From the IMG/VR virus record IMGVR_UViG_2846178487_000001, positions 4,978 through 68,977 of that record: a stretch of DNA of 64,000 nt; one strand, written 5' to 3'. The notes beneath the pieces were generated by a model. It saw nothing but the letters and a program-made list of their open reading frames with translations. It searched no databases and had not been told where the DNA came from. Origin of the DNA: a virus. Lineage: Duplodnaviria; Caudoviricetes. Each line of letters opens with the position of its first letter. Within the stretch, counting starts at the first letter, position 1. Positions 47,747 to 56,208 of this stretch are shown one piece after another. The position numbers were made by a program, and so were the translations under genes.

Positions 47747-48727
47747 ATGAATAAAAATAGAATGAATTTAAGACTGTTCGATAATGATGTGGACATTATC
47801 GACCGTACTGGAGCGGAGTCTCTGATTCCGATACAGGAATCTAATGAGATTATCCAGGGCGTAATTGCTCAGTCAGCAGTTCTTTCAAGAGGACGAAAGC
47901 TGGCAAATATGACAAGCAAGCAGTACAAGATGCCAGTTCTTGATATGCTGCCGATTGCCTATTTCGTAAATGGTGATTCTGGACAGAAAAAGACAACAAA
48001 GCAGGCATGGGATAAGAAATTTATCGTTGCAGAGGAAATTGCAGTAATCGTACCAATTCCAGAAGCCGTACTGGATGATTCCCAGTATGATATTTGGGGC
48101 GAAGTAAAACCAAGGGTCACAGAGGCATTTGGAAATAAGATTGATGGAGCTGTACTGTTTGGTACAGATAAACCGTCTACTTGGAGAGACGATGTTGTTG
48201 CGACAGCCACAAAAGCTGGATCCGTGGTAACACTTGGCTCAGCGGATCCGCTGTATGACAAAATCATGGCAGAAGACGGTGTGATTGCAAAAGTCGAGAA
48301 TTGTGGATACATGGTCAATGGTCACATGGCTGATATTTCCATGAGAGCAAAACTCCGTGGATTAAAAAACGCTAATGGTGATCCATTGTTCAAAGCAGAT
48401 ATGCAGGGGTCTACACAGTATGCACTGGACGGTTCTCCAATGAACTTCCCAAACAATGGTTCATTCGATAAGACTAAGGCGCTGATGATTTCTGGAGATT
48501 TCTCACAGCTTGTATATTCCATCAGACAGGATATTACATTTAAGCTGTTTACTGAGGGTGTTGTTCAGAACACAGATGGATCTATTGCATACAACCTGAT
48601 GCAGAATGACATGGTTGCACTTCGTGCAGTAATGCGTCTTGGCTGGGAGATTCCAAACCCAATCAATGCACTTGCAAAAGATAAAACCAAAAGATGTCCG
48701 TTCTCAATTCTGAAAGCAGGGGAGTAG
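47747..48727 (+). CDS. Major capsid protein (HK97 fold)
   Basis: LIPIQESNEII, MPVL, EEIAVIVPIPE, GDFSQ, QNDMVALR. Confidence 0.93.
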   Translation: MNKNRMNLRLFDNDVDIIDRTGAESLIPIQESNEIIQGVIAQSAVLSRGRKLANMTSKQYKMPVLDMLPIAYFVNGDSGQKKTTKQAWDKKFIVAEEIAVIVPIPEAVLDDSQYDIWGEVKPRVTEAFGNKIDGAVLFGTDKPSTWRDDVVATATKAGSVVTLGSADPLYDKIMAEDGVIAKVENCGYMVNGHMADISMRAKLRGLKNANGDPLFKADMQGSTQYALDGSPMNFPNNGSFDKTKALMISGDFSQLVYSIRQDITFKLFTEGVVQNTDGSIAYNLMQNDMVALRAVMRLGWEIPNPINALAKDKTKRCPFSILKAGE

Positions 48728-48733
48728 GAGTAA

Positions 48734-49138
48734 ATGTACGCAGATTATTCATATTATGCGGATCACTATGGCGGGGATATTCCTGAAAGGGAATATCCAT
48801 CTGCTGAGCGCAGGGCTGAAGCTTATATCAGGAAACTGACTTATGTCAGAGGAGATATTTTTGCAGTTGAAAATACTGTGGTAAAAGATGCAGTGTGCGC
48901 TGTGGCTGACGTGTATTATTCCTGTAAAAAGAAGCAGGAAGCAGGTACGGTCAAGTCCGAGAATAACGATGGATACAGTGTATCATATGCGGTAGAACAG
49001 ATTGACGGTCAGACAATGGAAGAGCTGATCAGAAAGAAAGCGTATGAAGCTGCATCTACATATTTGCTTCCGACCGGGTGGTTATCAAGAAGGGTAGGGT
49101 GTTGTCATGCTGACGAATGCAACGATTACAATCTATAA
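48734..49138 (+). CDS. Head-tail connector
   Basis: YADYSYY, VKDAVCAVAD, SENNDGYSVSY. Confidence 0.8.
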   Translation: MYADYSYYADHYGGDIPEREYPSAERRAEAYIRKLTYVRGDIFAVENTVVKDAVCAVADVYYSCKKKQEAGTVKSENNDGYSVSYAVEQIDGQTMEELIRKKAYEAASTYLLPTGWLSRRVGCCHADECNDYNL

Positions 49139-49511
49139 CCGAATTCCCGGAAAAAAGAACACATGTGACGCCTGGCACAGAACAGTGATTAGAGATGTAC
49201 ATGTGTACGTGAATCACAAGGCATCTGTTGGAGATTCCGGACTTAACAGCGCGGAAGTGTACAAGATTCGTATTCCTACAGATGTGGAGAATGCAGATCA
49301 GTATCTTCCACCAGAGGAATTTGTGAAGAAAGATAATCCGGGGAATTACTGGACGATTCAGATTGATGATCATATTGTCCTGGAAGAATGTATTAAGGAG
49401 ATTGAGAAGCCGGCAGATCTAAAAGATGTACGACTGAGACACTGTAAGGTGTTGTCCTGGTCAGACAACCGGTTCGGGGGACTTCCGCACTGGAGAATTG
49501 GAGGTGCTTAA
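49107..49511 (+). CDS. Head-closure-type protein
   Basis: ITIYN...LPHWRIGG; position. Confidence 0.7.
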   Translation: MLTNATITIYNRIPGKKNTCDAWHRTVIRDVHVYVNHKASVGDSGLNSAEVYKIRIPTDVENADQYLPPEEFVKKDNPGNYWTIQIDDHIVLEECIKEIEKPADLKDVRLRHCKVLSWSDNRFGGLPHWRIGGA

Positions 49512-49514
49512 GGA

Positions 49515-49898
49515 ATGGCATCAAAGAAAAATTTCAGCATTACGACTCCGAGAGGAAGCGTATTCACAGAGGTAACGGCGAACGGTTCTGTCCAAGCGAG
49601 GTTTGAATGGAACCCGTCATTTGCCCGGACAAAAGCAGAGAATTTTTCGAAAGCTCAGGAGTTTGTCGATTCCGAATGCTTGAGATACATGAATCCGCTT
49701 ACGCCAAGACGGACCGGCATGATGATTAAGTCAGCAACACTTGGAACTGTGATAGGTTCTGGATCCATTGAGTACTTGACACCTTACGCCCGCCGGAAGT
49801 ATTACGAGCATAAGTCTAAAGCGAGATGGTTCGAAAAGATGAAGGCAAGCAACAAGGAGGCTATTCTGAAAGGAGCAGAGCAGATTGCAGGACGGTAA
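49515..49898 (+). CDS. Neck/tail-completion (minor capsid family) protein
   Basis: PLTPRRTG, YLTPYARRKYY, WFEKMK. Confidence 0.72.
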   Translation: MASKKNFSITTPRGSVFTEVTANGSVQARFEWNPSFARTKAENFSKAQEFVDSECLRYMNPLTPRRTGMMIKSATLGTVIGSGSIEYLTPYARRKYYEHKSKARWFEKMKASNKEAILKGAEQIAGR

Positions 49899-50304
49899 GA
49901 AACCGATTATCCAGAGTATCCGGGATTATGTTATGACGTACCCGGATATCGATGACCGGAAAATTAATATTGATTATCTTGGCAATGGAATGGAATATTC
50001 TATAGACCCAATTGGGGCAGATCCTATATATAAAAGATATGTAGATGGGAGCTGCCTGAAACAATTCCAGTTCGCATTCACTTCGAAAGAAGCTTATGAT
50101 GGTGACGCCAGAACAGGCATTGCCAACAGTGGTTTTTATCAGGATTTTGCGGAATGGACAGAACAGAACAATTTAGACGATATCCTCCCGGAGCTGGACG
50201 GTCACGATGCTATACGGGTAGACGTGTTGCAGTCCGGCTATTTATTTAGCACAGAGGAAGATCTGGGGCGGTATCAGATGATTTGCAGATTGATTTATAA
50301 GTAG
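49885..50304 (+). CDS. Tail terminator-type protein
   Basis: YSIDPIG, YVDG..KQFQFAF, RYQMICRLIY. Confidence 0.72.
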   Translation: MQDGKKPIIQSIRDYVMTYPDIDDRKINIDYLGNGMEYSIDPIGADPIYKRYVDGSCLKQFQFAFTSKEAYDGDARTGIANSGFYQDFAEWTEQNNLDDILPELDGHDAIRVDVLQSGYLFSTEEDLGRYQMICRLIYK

Positions 50305-50314
50305 GAGGTACAAA

Positions 50315-50824
50315 ATGTCAGGAGCAGATACAAAAAAGAAATTAGTCGGAAGACATAGAAAAGTTGCGTTTATGGACGCGACCGGAGATGGCAAGACATT
50401 TACTCGCATGACAGGATTTACAAGTATGTCAGAGAGCAAAAACTCTTCAGAGTATAGCCGTCATTATGTGGATGAGGAAAGCGAGAGAACAGATGTGGTC
50501 GGATATGCACCGGCGGTTGAGTATGAATTTGACCGTTACACGAACGATCCAGTACAGGCAAAAATTGCCGAGATTGCAGATGATGAGCTTCTTGGTTCTG
50601 ATGCACAGGTAACTGTTGTGAGCGTGGATCTTTTTGATGTTAAAGCCGACTCTCCAAATACATGCGTTGCCAGAAAACGTGACTGGAGTGTTGTTCCGGA
50701 TTCTTCCGGAGATGGAACCGATGCCTTGATCTACAAGGGTAGCCTGAAAGCTAATGGAGAACAGGTTAAGGGTACCGCCACAACGACAGACAACTGGCAG
50801 ACATGTACATTTACAGCAGAGTAA
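50315..50824 (+). CDS. Major tail (tube) protein
   Basis: TRMTGFTSMSESKN, YSRHYVDE, VVGYAP. Confidence 0.82.
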   Translation: MSGADTKKKLVGRHRKVAFMDATGDGKTFTRMTGFTSMSESKNSSEYSRHYVDEESERTDVVGYAPAVEYEFDRYTNDPVQAKIAEIADDELLGSDAQVTVVSVDLFDVKADSPNTCVARKRDWSVVPDSSGDGTDALIYKGSLKANGEQVKGTATTTDNWQTCTFTAE

Positions 50825-50834
50825 AGATAGGAGA

Positions 50835-50849
50835 GTGAGCCGATGAGCC
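50835..50849 (+). promoter_or_regulatory. Tandem-GAGCC motif overlapping chaperone start codon
   Basis: GTGAGCCGATGAGCC, ATG at 50843, immediately after RBS aggag. Confidence 0.65.
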
Positions 50850-51268
50850 TTTTTAAATACGGAAATCTCGAAGTTGAGATGGATTTTACAGATGTTGATT
50901 TTTTAGAAAATCTGGACGAAGCAAAGAAATTAATGGCTGATGAAGCAGCACAAGTACCGAAAACCGGAAAGACAGCGGATATTATTCGCGCGCAGTGTCA
51001 GTGTTATTTTAACTTTTTCGACCGGGTGATCGGAGAGGGAGCACACGAGGAGATGTTCCAGGGTAGAACCAGCCTTAATTCATGTCTCGATGCCACAGAT
51101 GCACTTCTTAAGTTCGAAAATGATGAGGCGCTTAAACTGAATGAGAAATATAGTGATTATATGGTTCAGCAGCATGGGAACAGGCAGCAGAACCGTAATT
51201 ACAATAAACAGCATGGAAAGAAGCACAATAAAGGAAATGTTAGTTATTATCCTAATGGTAATAGGTAG
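50843..51268 (+). CDS. Tail assembly chaperone 1
   Basis: Position after tube gene; FFDRVIGEG; basic low-complexity tail. Confidence 0.75.
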   Translation: MSLFKYGNLEVEMDFTDVDFLENLDEAKKLMADEAAQVPKTGKTADIIRAQCQCYFNFFDRVIGEGAHEEMFQGRTSLNSCLDATDALLKFENDEALKLNEKYSDYMVQQHGNRQQNRNYNKQHGKKHNKGNVSYYPNGNR

Positions 51269-51274
51269 CATGCT

Positions 51275-51838
51275 ATGAACATTCTGATTGATAAGTTCCC
51301 CGATACGGTATGCGTAAACGGGAAAGACTATGAGGTCGAGACAGATTTCCGGGAATGGATACGATTCACGAAGTTGGTGGAAGACGAGGACGTTCCGTGG
51401 CAAATTAAGTGCCGGCTATTATTGCAGTGGTATATAGATGAAATTCCGGACGATTTGGAAGAGGCAATTGAGGCTCTGGGAGATTTTCTTGCAATGAGGC
51501 AGGATGGCGAAGAATCCGATGAGCCAATGCTCCCACCAAAACAAGTGTATTCTTTTGACGAGGATATGGTTTGGATTTACAGTGCATTTCGCGAAGCGTA
51601 CGGAATCGACCTGCAGTCTGTTCCGTATATGCATTGGTGGGAGTTTCAAACGCTGTTCATCGGACTCCCAGACAATACAGAAATCAAACAGCGCATTTTG
51701 TATCGGAACACAGACCTCCGGGATATTAAAGATAAGGACGAGCGCAAGAGAGTGAAAAAGATTCAAGAGGCAGTCGCTCTCAAGAAAAAGAAGCGCAGGA
51801 AAATGACAGATTATGAGATTGGAGATATGTTCGCGTGA
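51275..51838 (+). CDS. Tail assembly chaperone 2 (A118 Gp15-like)
   Basis: ETDFREWIRF, YSFDED...IYSAF...YGIDL, MHWWEFQTLF. Confidence 0.85.
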   Translation: MNILIDKFPDTVCVNGKDYEVETDFREWIRFTKLVEDEDVPWQIKCRLLLQWYIDEIPDDLEEAIEALGDFLAMRQDGEESDEPMLPPKQVYSFDEDMVWIYSAFREAYGIDLQSVPYMHWWEFQTLFIGLPDNTEIKQRILYRNTDLRDIKDKDERKRVKKIQEAVALKKKKRRKMTDYEIGDMFA

Positions 51839-51990
51839 TGAAACATATGATTAAGATCCCGACAGAACGAAAATGGTACAGATGTCCTTATTGTGGTAAG
51901 AAGTTATTGATTTACGAGGATACAGCCAAATGTAGTGGAGTGTATCTAAACTGTCGGGAATGTAAAAGAGAAATAAATATTAAGATTTAA
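51838..51990 (+). CDS. 50-aa Com-like/KTR-like zinc-ribbon protein (not in ORF track)
   Basis: MKHMIKIPTERKWYRCPYCGKKLLIYEDTAKCSGVYLNCRECKREINIKI; TGATG coupling to gp15-like gene. Confidence 0.8.
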   Translation: MKHMIKIPTERKWYRCPYCGKKLLIYEDTAKCSGVYLNCRECKREINIKI

Positions 51991-51998
51991 AAGCACAT

Positions 51999-52041
51999 GT
52001 GAGCCGTTGAGCCGTGCTATCAGAAAGGATGATAGTATGGC
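51999..52041 (+). promoter_or_regulatory. Tandem-GAGCC motif plus hairpin sequestering tape-measure SD/AUG
   Basis: GTGAGCCGTTGAGCC (51999-52013); stem gccgtgctatca/tgatagtATGgc (52011-22/52030-41, two G-U pairs), loop gaaagga. Confidence 0.75.
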
Positions 52042-54742
52042 AGACGGATATTTGAATTTTGATACCAAGATAAATGAAAAAGGTTTTAATGAGGGCGTTA
52101 GCAAACTAAGCGCTCTCGGAAAAAGCGGACTATCCATAGTGTCTAAGGCAATGACTGGAGCTGTGGCAGCTGTAGGAACCGCTGCCGGCGTAATCATTAA
52201 GTCTTCACTTGGTGTTGTTGCGAATATGGAGCAACAGGTAGGCGGTGTCGAAACACTGTTCAAGGATAGTGCGGACACCGTAATCAAGAATGCTAACCGT
52301 GCATATAAAACAGCGCAGATATCTGCAAATGATTACATGTCTACAGTCACGAGCTTTTCTGCATCCTTGCTGCAGGGACTTGGTGGGGATACGGCTAAAG
52401 CAGCAGAGATTGCAGATATGGCGCTCATCGATATGGCGGATAATGCCAATAAGATGGGTACCAACATGCAAGATATCCAGAACGCCTATCAAGGCTTCGC
52501 TAAGCAGAATTATACGATGCTCGACAACCTAAAGCTAGGTTATGGCGGTACTCAATCGGAAATGATTCGATTGATTAATGATTCTGGAATCCTCAACGAG
52601 AAGATAAGTGATCTGGACAATGTCACATTTGACCAGATGATCCAGGCAATTCATGTAATTCAGCAGAATCTTGGAATTACAGGCACGTCAGCAGAAGAGG
52701 CTGGAGAAACTATTGAAGGATCTGTTAATTCTGCTAAGGCAGCATGGGAGAATTTCCAAGGCGGAGTAATAACAAGTCAGGAGCTTGTAGAAACATTTGG
52801 AACAGCAACTCAGAATATTCTCAAGAATCTTGGTGAGATAGTCCCAAGATTGGGAAAAACCGGACTTGAAGTCGTTGGGGCAATTGCTGATAAAATTGGC
52901 GATTCCGTTCCAGCGGCGAAAGGTTTTGCTGATGCAGTTGAAAACATTACTGATAAGCTCGGCAGTATGGATACCGGACAACTTGCAAACCTCGGTAAGA
53001 TGTCCGCAGTTCTGATTGGTGCAGTTCCTGCTTTTTCGCTGATTGGCAAGAGTGCCGGAACATTTTCTGATGTCCTCGGCGGATTAGGGGAGGTTAGCGG
53101 TGGAGTTACCGCTAAGTTTCAGAAGATTCCGGGAGGAATCAAGAGTCTTGGGACAAGTATGCAATCCGGGGCGAAGGTATTTCATAACATTAAGGATGCC
53201 ATACTACTTCCGTTTGAAGATTTGTCTCCAAGTCTAACTAAGATATTTGGAAAAGTAAGTAGCTCCGTTAGTTCTGGCCCCCTTGGTAAGCTTGTAAATG
53301 ATTTCTCAGAAATTCCAAAAGGAATTGCAGCTTCATTTGGAAAAATCGGACCTGCTATTTCCAGAAAATTTCCAAAGATAACAGGCGTTGTTAAATCCAT
53401 TGGAAGTAGTATATTCGGAACGTTTACGACCATAGCGAATGGGGCAAAGGGATTTGGTTCATTGCTAGGAGGGGCACTTAATTCGGTATTACCAAAGATA
53501 TCCGGATTTGCAAATAAATTCATAGGCTATCTTGGAGTAGCAGGAGATGCATTTGCACCAGTCTTATCAAAAGCAGCAAGTTTTGTTCCTCAGTTATTGG
53601 GATTTATGAATATAGCAGCGGTAGTTGCTCTTGTAGCCGTGGGGCTTGGCTTATTATACAGCCAGTTCGGTACACAGATAGACCAGATCCTGCTTATGAT
53701 GCAGACTAAGGGACCGGAGGTTATTACCAATTTCTGTAATGGAATTGTAGCAGCATTACCGAATTTGATTGCGCAAGGCGCTACGATGCTGAATAACCTC
53801 ATGCTTGCGATTACAGCAAACCTACCGGCAATTATTCAAGGTGGTATTGCAATTGTATCTACTCTGATTACAGGCATTGCGCAGCAATTACCTACATTGA
53901 TTCCAACAGCGCTCATGATGATTTTGACGTTGGTCAGTTCCTTACTATCTAACGTTGGACAATTGGTAGACGCAGGCATTAACCTATTGGTTGGACTGGC
54001 TCAGGGAGTTGTGAATGCACTTCCACAGCTAATTAATAAGGCACCGACGATTATCGGGCAGTTAGCAACGGCAATTATTTCCAATCTGCCGAAAATTTTG
54101 CTTGCTGGAATCAAAATTATAACGATTCTGGGAACCGGACTTATACAGGCAGTGCCACAGCTTATTAGTAAGATTCCATCGATTATCAGCCAAGTAAAGA
54201 ACGCATTTACAACAAGTGTTGATTGGGGCAGCGTCGGAATGAACATCATTAAAGGAATTGCGAACGGGCTCAAGGGTGCCGCAGGAGCAATTGTAGAAGC
54301 TGCCAAAGGTGCAGCGGAAAGCGCACTGAATGCGGCCAAGAATGCATTGGGTATTCATTCCCCGTCACGTGTATTCCGTGATCAGGTTGGAAAGATGATG
54401 GCTCTTGGAATGGGAATAGGTTTTGAAAAGAACATCCCGATTAACATGATGCAAGCAGGATTGAAAAATGTAGTATCGTCATTGCAGGCGAGATCTGTTG
54501 CGGTTCAATCTGCTGCATATGCAGGAGCTGGAACTGGATATGCGGGAAGCAATACGGAAACGCAGAATGTCTGCCAAATGTTGTCAAAAGTGGCAGCCTT
54601 ATTAGAAAAGTATACTGACAGACCAGTCGAGGCTAACCTGTATCTAGACAAGAGAGTTGCAGCGAAGGCATTGGCGAAACCAATCAAAGAAGAAAACGAT
54701 AAGATGCAGAGAGAAAATAGCAGAAAGGCGGGAATAAGATGA
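52037..54742 (+). CDS. Tape measure protein
   Basis: MADGYLNFDTKI, EQQVGGVETLF, TMLDNLKLGYGG, Ala/Ile-rich repeats, GIHSPSRVF. Confidence 0.93.
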   Translation: MADGYLNFDTKINEKGFNEGVSKLSALGKSGLSIVSKAMTGAVAAVGTAAGVIIKSSLGVVANMEQQVGGVETLFKDSADTVIKNANRAYKTAQISANDYMSTVTSFSASLLQGLGGDTAKAAEIADMALIDMADNANKMGTNMQDIQNAYQGFAKQNYTMLDNLKLGYGGTQSEMIRLINDSGILNEKISDLDNVTFDQMIQAIHVIQQNLGITGTSAEEAGETIEGSVNSAKAAWENFQGGVITSQELVETFGTATQNILKNLGEIVPRLGKTGLEVVGAIADKIGDSVPAAKGFADAVENITDKLGSMDTGQLANLGKMSAVLIGAVPAFSLIGKSAGTFSDVLGGLGEVSGGVTAKFQKIPGGIKSLGTSMQSGAKVFHNIKDAILLPFEDLSPSLTKIFGKVSSSVSSGPLGKLVNDFSEIPKGIAASFGKIGPAISRKFPKITGVVKSIGSSIFGTFTTIANGAKGFGSLLGGALNSVLPKISGFANKFIGYLGVAGDAFAPVLSKAASFVPQLLGFMNIAAVVALVAVGLGLLYSQFGTQIDQILLMMQTKGPEVITNFCNGIVAALPNLIAQGATMLNNLMLAITANLPAIIQGGIAIVSTLITGIAQQLPTLIPTALMMILTLVSSLLSNVGQLVDAGINLLVGLAQGVVNALPQLINKAPTIIGQLATAIISNLPKILLAGIKIITILGTGLIQAVPQLISKIPSIISQVKNAFTTSVDWGSVGMNIIKGIANGLKGAAGAIVEAAKGAAESALNAAKNALGIHSPSRVFRDQVGKMMALGMGIGFEKNIPINMMQAGLKNVVSSLQARSVAVQSAAYAGAGTGYAGSNTETQNVCQMLSKVAALLEKYTDRPVEANLYLDKRVAAKALAKPIKEENDKMQRENSRKAGIR

Positions 54743-56208
54743 GCTTATCTGTAAGATTCAACGGCAGTGAATTAAATAAGTATATTAATGTGCTAAGAGG
54801 ATTTACGCCAAGAAAAGGCGTAAGCTGGGCCCCACAGGTGACTGAGCTATCTGCGGGTACGCGAGGTGCAAAATACAAAACGACAGCATACAAGTCCAAA
54901 ACAATACCAATGCCGTTTTCCATAGAGGGCAATATAGAAGAAAAATATAATGAGTTGGAGCGTATCCTGAATGTAAATGAACCAAAAGAACTTATATTTG
55001 GTAGCACACCGAGCAAGGTATATTATGCGATTCCAAATGGCGATCTTGACCTGGAGGAAATGTTGTATTTCGGGGAAGGAACTATAGAATGGGTCGTGCC
55101 GGAAGGTGTGGCGTATTCTTTGGCAGAAACAACCGCGACAAACAATGGAACGACCACGGAAATCACACTAAAAAATAATGGAACAGAATCTGTTCCAATC
55201 AATGTTGCAGCCCTCATGAAGTCCGAGAATGGATATCTTGGACTGACTCTGGACGATCGATTCTATCAGATCGGGCATCCAGAAGAGGTAGATGGTGTGA
55301 GTTATGAGGCATCCGAGCGGTTATTTGATGACCACTTATACAGGGACTGTGGCTGGGCGCTTAACCAGGGAATCACGCCTCCGGTCACGCCGGAGAGACT
55401 GCAGTCGGGTACAGTGGCTTATGTTAAGGAGTCTGGAACAGAAGGATACGCGAAAGTTTCCAATTATAAGACTGGCGACAGCTGGCATGGAGCAGCATTG
55501 ACTAAGACGGTGCCGGCGGACGCAAACGGCGAATACCCGGAGAACTGGCGTTGTGACTGGCGTTTTGATTTCAACACAGTTGGGGCTGGATCTGATGCAG
55601 GAAAGCAGGTCGGACACAATTCTGTAACATTCTCGGATGCAGATGACAACATCATCGTGTCTGTGGTGTTTGAAGACAACAATGCGTCTCTTGAAAGGTC
55701 AGATATGGCAATCTATATTGGTCAGAAGCGCGTTTGGGATACCAAGAACACTACGAAGTTCTACGTGACAGGACGTGAAGGCGATGGCGCTAGCATTCGA
55801 GTAGAAAAAATCGGAGAGAACATTACGGTCAAATTCAGTTACGCCGGAATCAGCAAGACTTTTAAGGCAGAGGATTCTTCCGCGAAGCTGCGAAAGATTA
55901 CCTGGTACGGTGCCGGATACAAAACGAACCCGACGATCCGGAATAATCTGTTAAGAGCAATCAATGTAGTAAAACACAATGTCCAGAAGTACGACGATAT
56001 TCCAAATTATTTCCAGCCGGATGATGAGATTTATTTGGATGGAAATTCAAACAAGCTATACATTAACGGGATCCTTGATTGGGATACCGTAGACATTGGA
56101 AGCCGGCCGTTACTTCTTCCTCCAGGAGAACATACACTTGGCATTGTAACATCAACATTTTCGCAAATACCAGAAGTTACAGTAACTTATAGAGAGAGGT
56201 GGTTATAG
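54739..56208 (+). CDS. Distal tail protein (evolved Dit with inserted domain)
   Basis: VRFNG, KELIFG...YYAIP, NNGTESVP, VTYRERWL; 489 aa. Confidence 0.82.
   Translation: MSLSVRFNGSELNKYINVLRGFTPRKGVSWAPQVTELSAGTRGAKYKTTAYKSKTIPMPFSIEGNIEEKYNELERILNVNEPKELIFGSTPSKVYYAIPNGDLDLEEMLYFGEGTIEWVVPEGVAYSLAETTATNNGTTTEITLKNNGTESVPINVAALMKSENGYLGLTLDDRFYQIGHPEEVDGVSYEASERLFDDHLYRDCGWALNQGITPPVTPERLQSGTVAYVKESGTEGYAKVSNYKTGDSWHGAALTKTVPADANGEYPENWRCDWRFDFNTVGAGSDAGKQVGHNSVTFSDADDNIIVSVVFEDNNASLERSDMAIYIGQKRVWDTKNTTKFYVTGREGDGASIRVEKIGENITVKFSYAGISKTFKAEDSSAKLRKITWYGAGYKTNPTIRNNLLRAINVVKHNVQKYDDIPNYFQPDDEIYLDGNSNKLYINGILDWDTVDIGSRPLLLPPGEHTLGIVTSTFSQIPEVTVTYRERWL

Noticed and set aside
51230-51290. Programmed -1 frameshift fusing the tail chaperones
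   Set aside because: No X-XXY-YYZ heptamer seen; the second gene has its own ATG 6 nt after the stop
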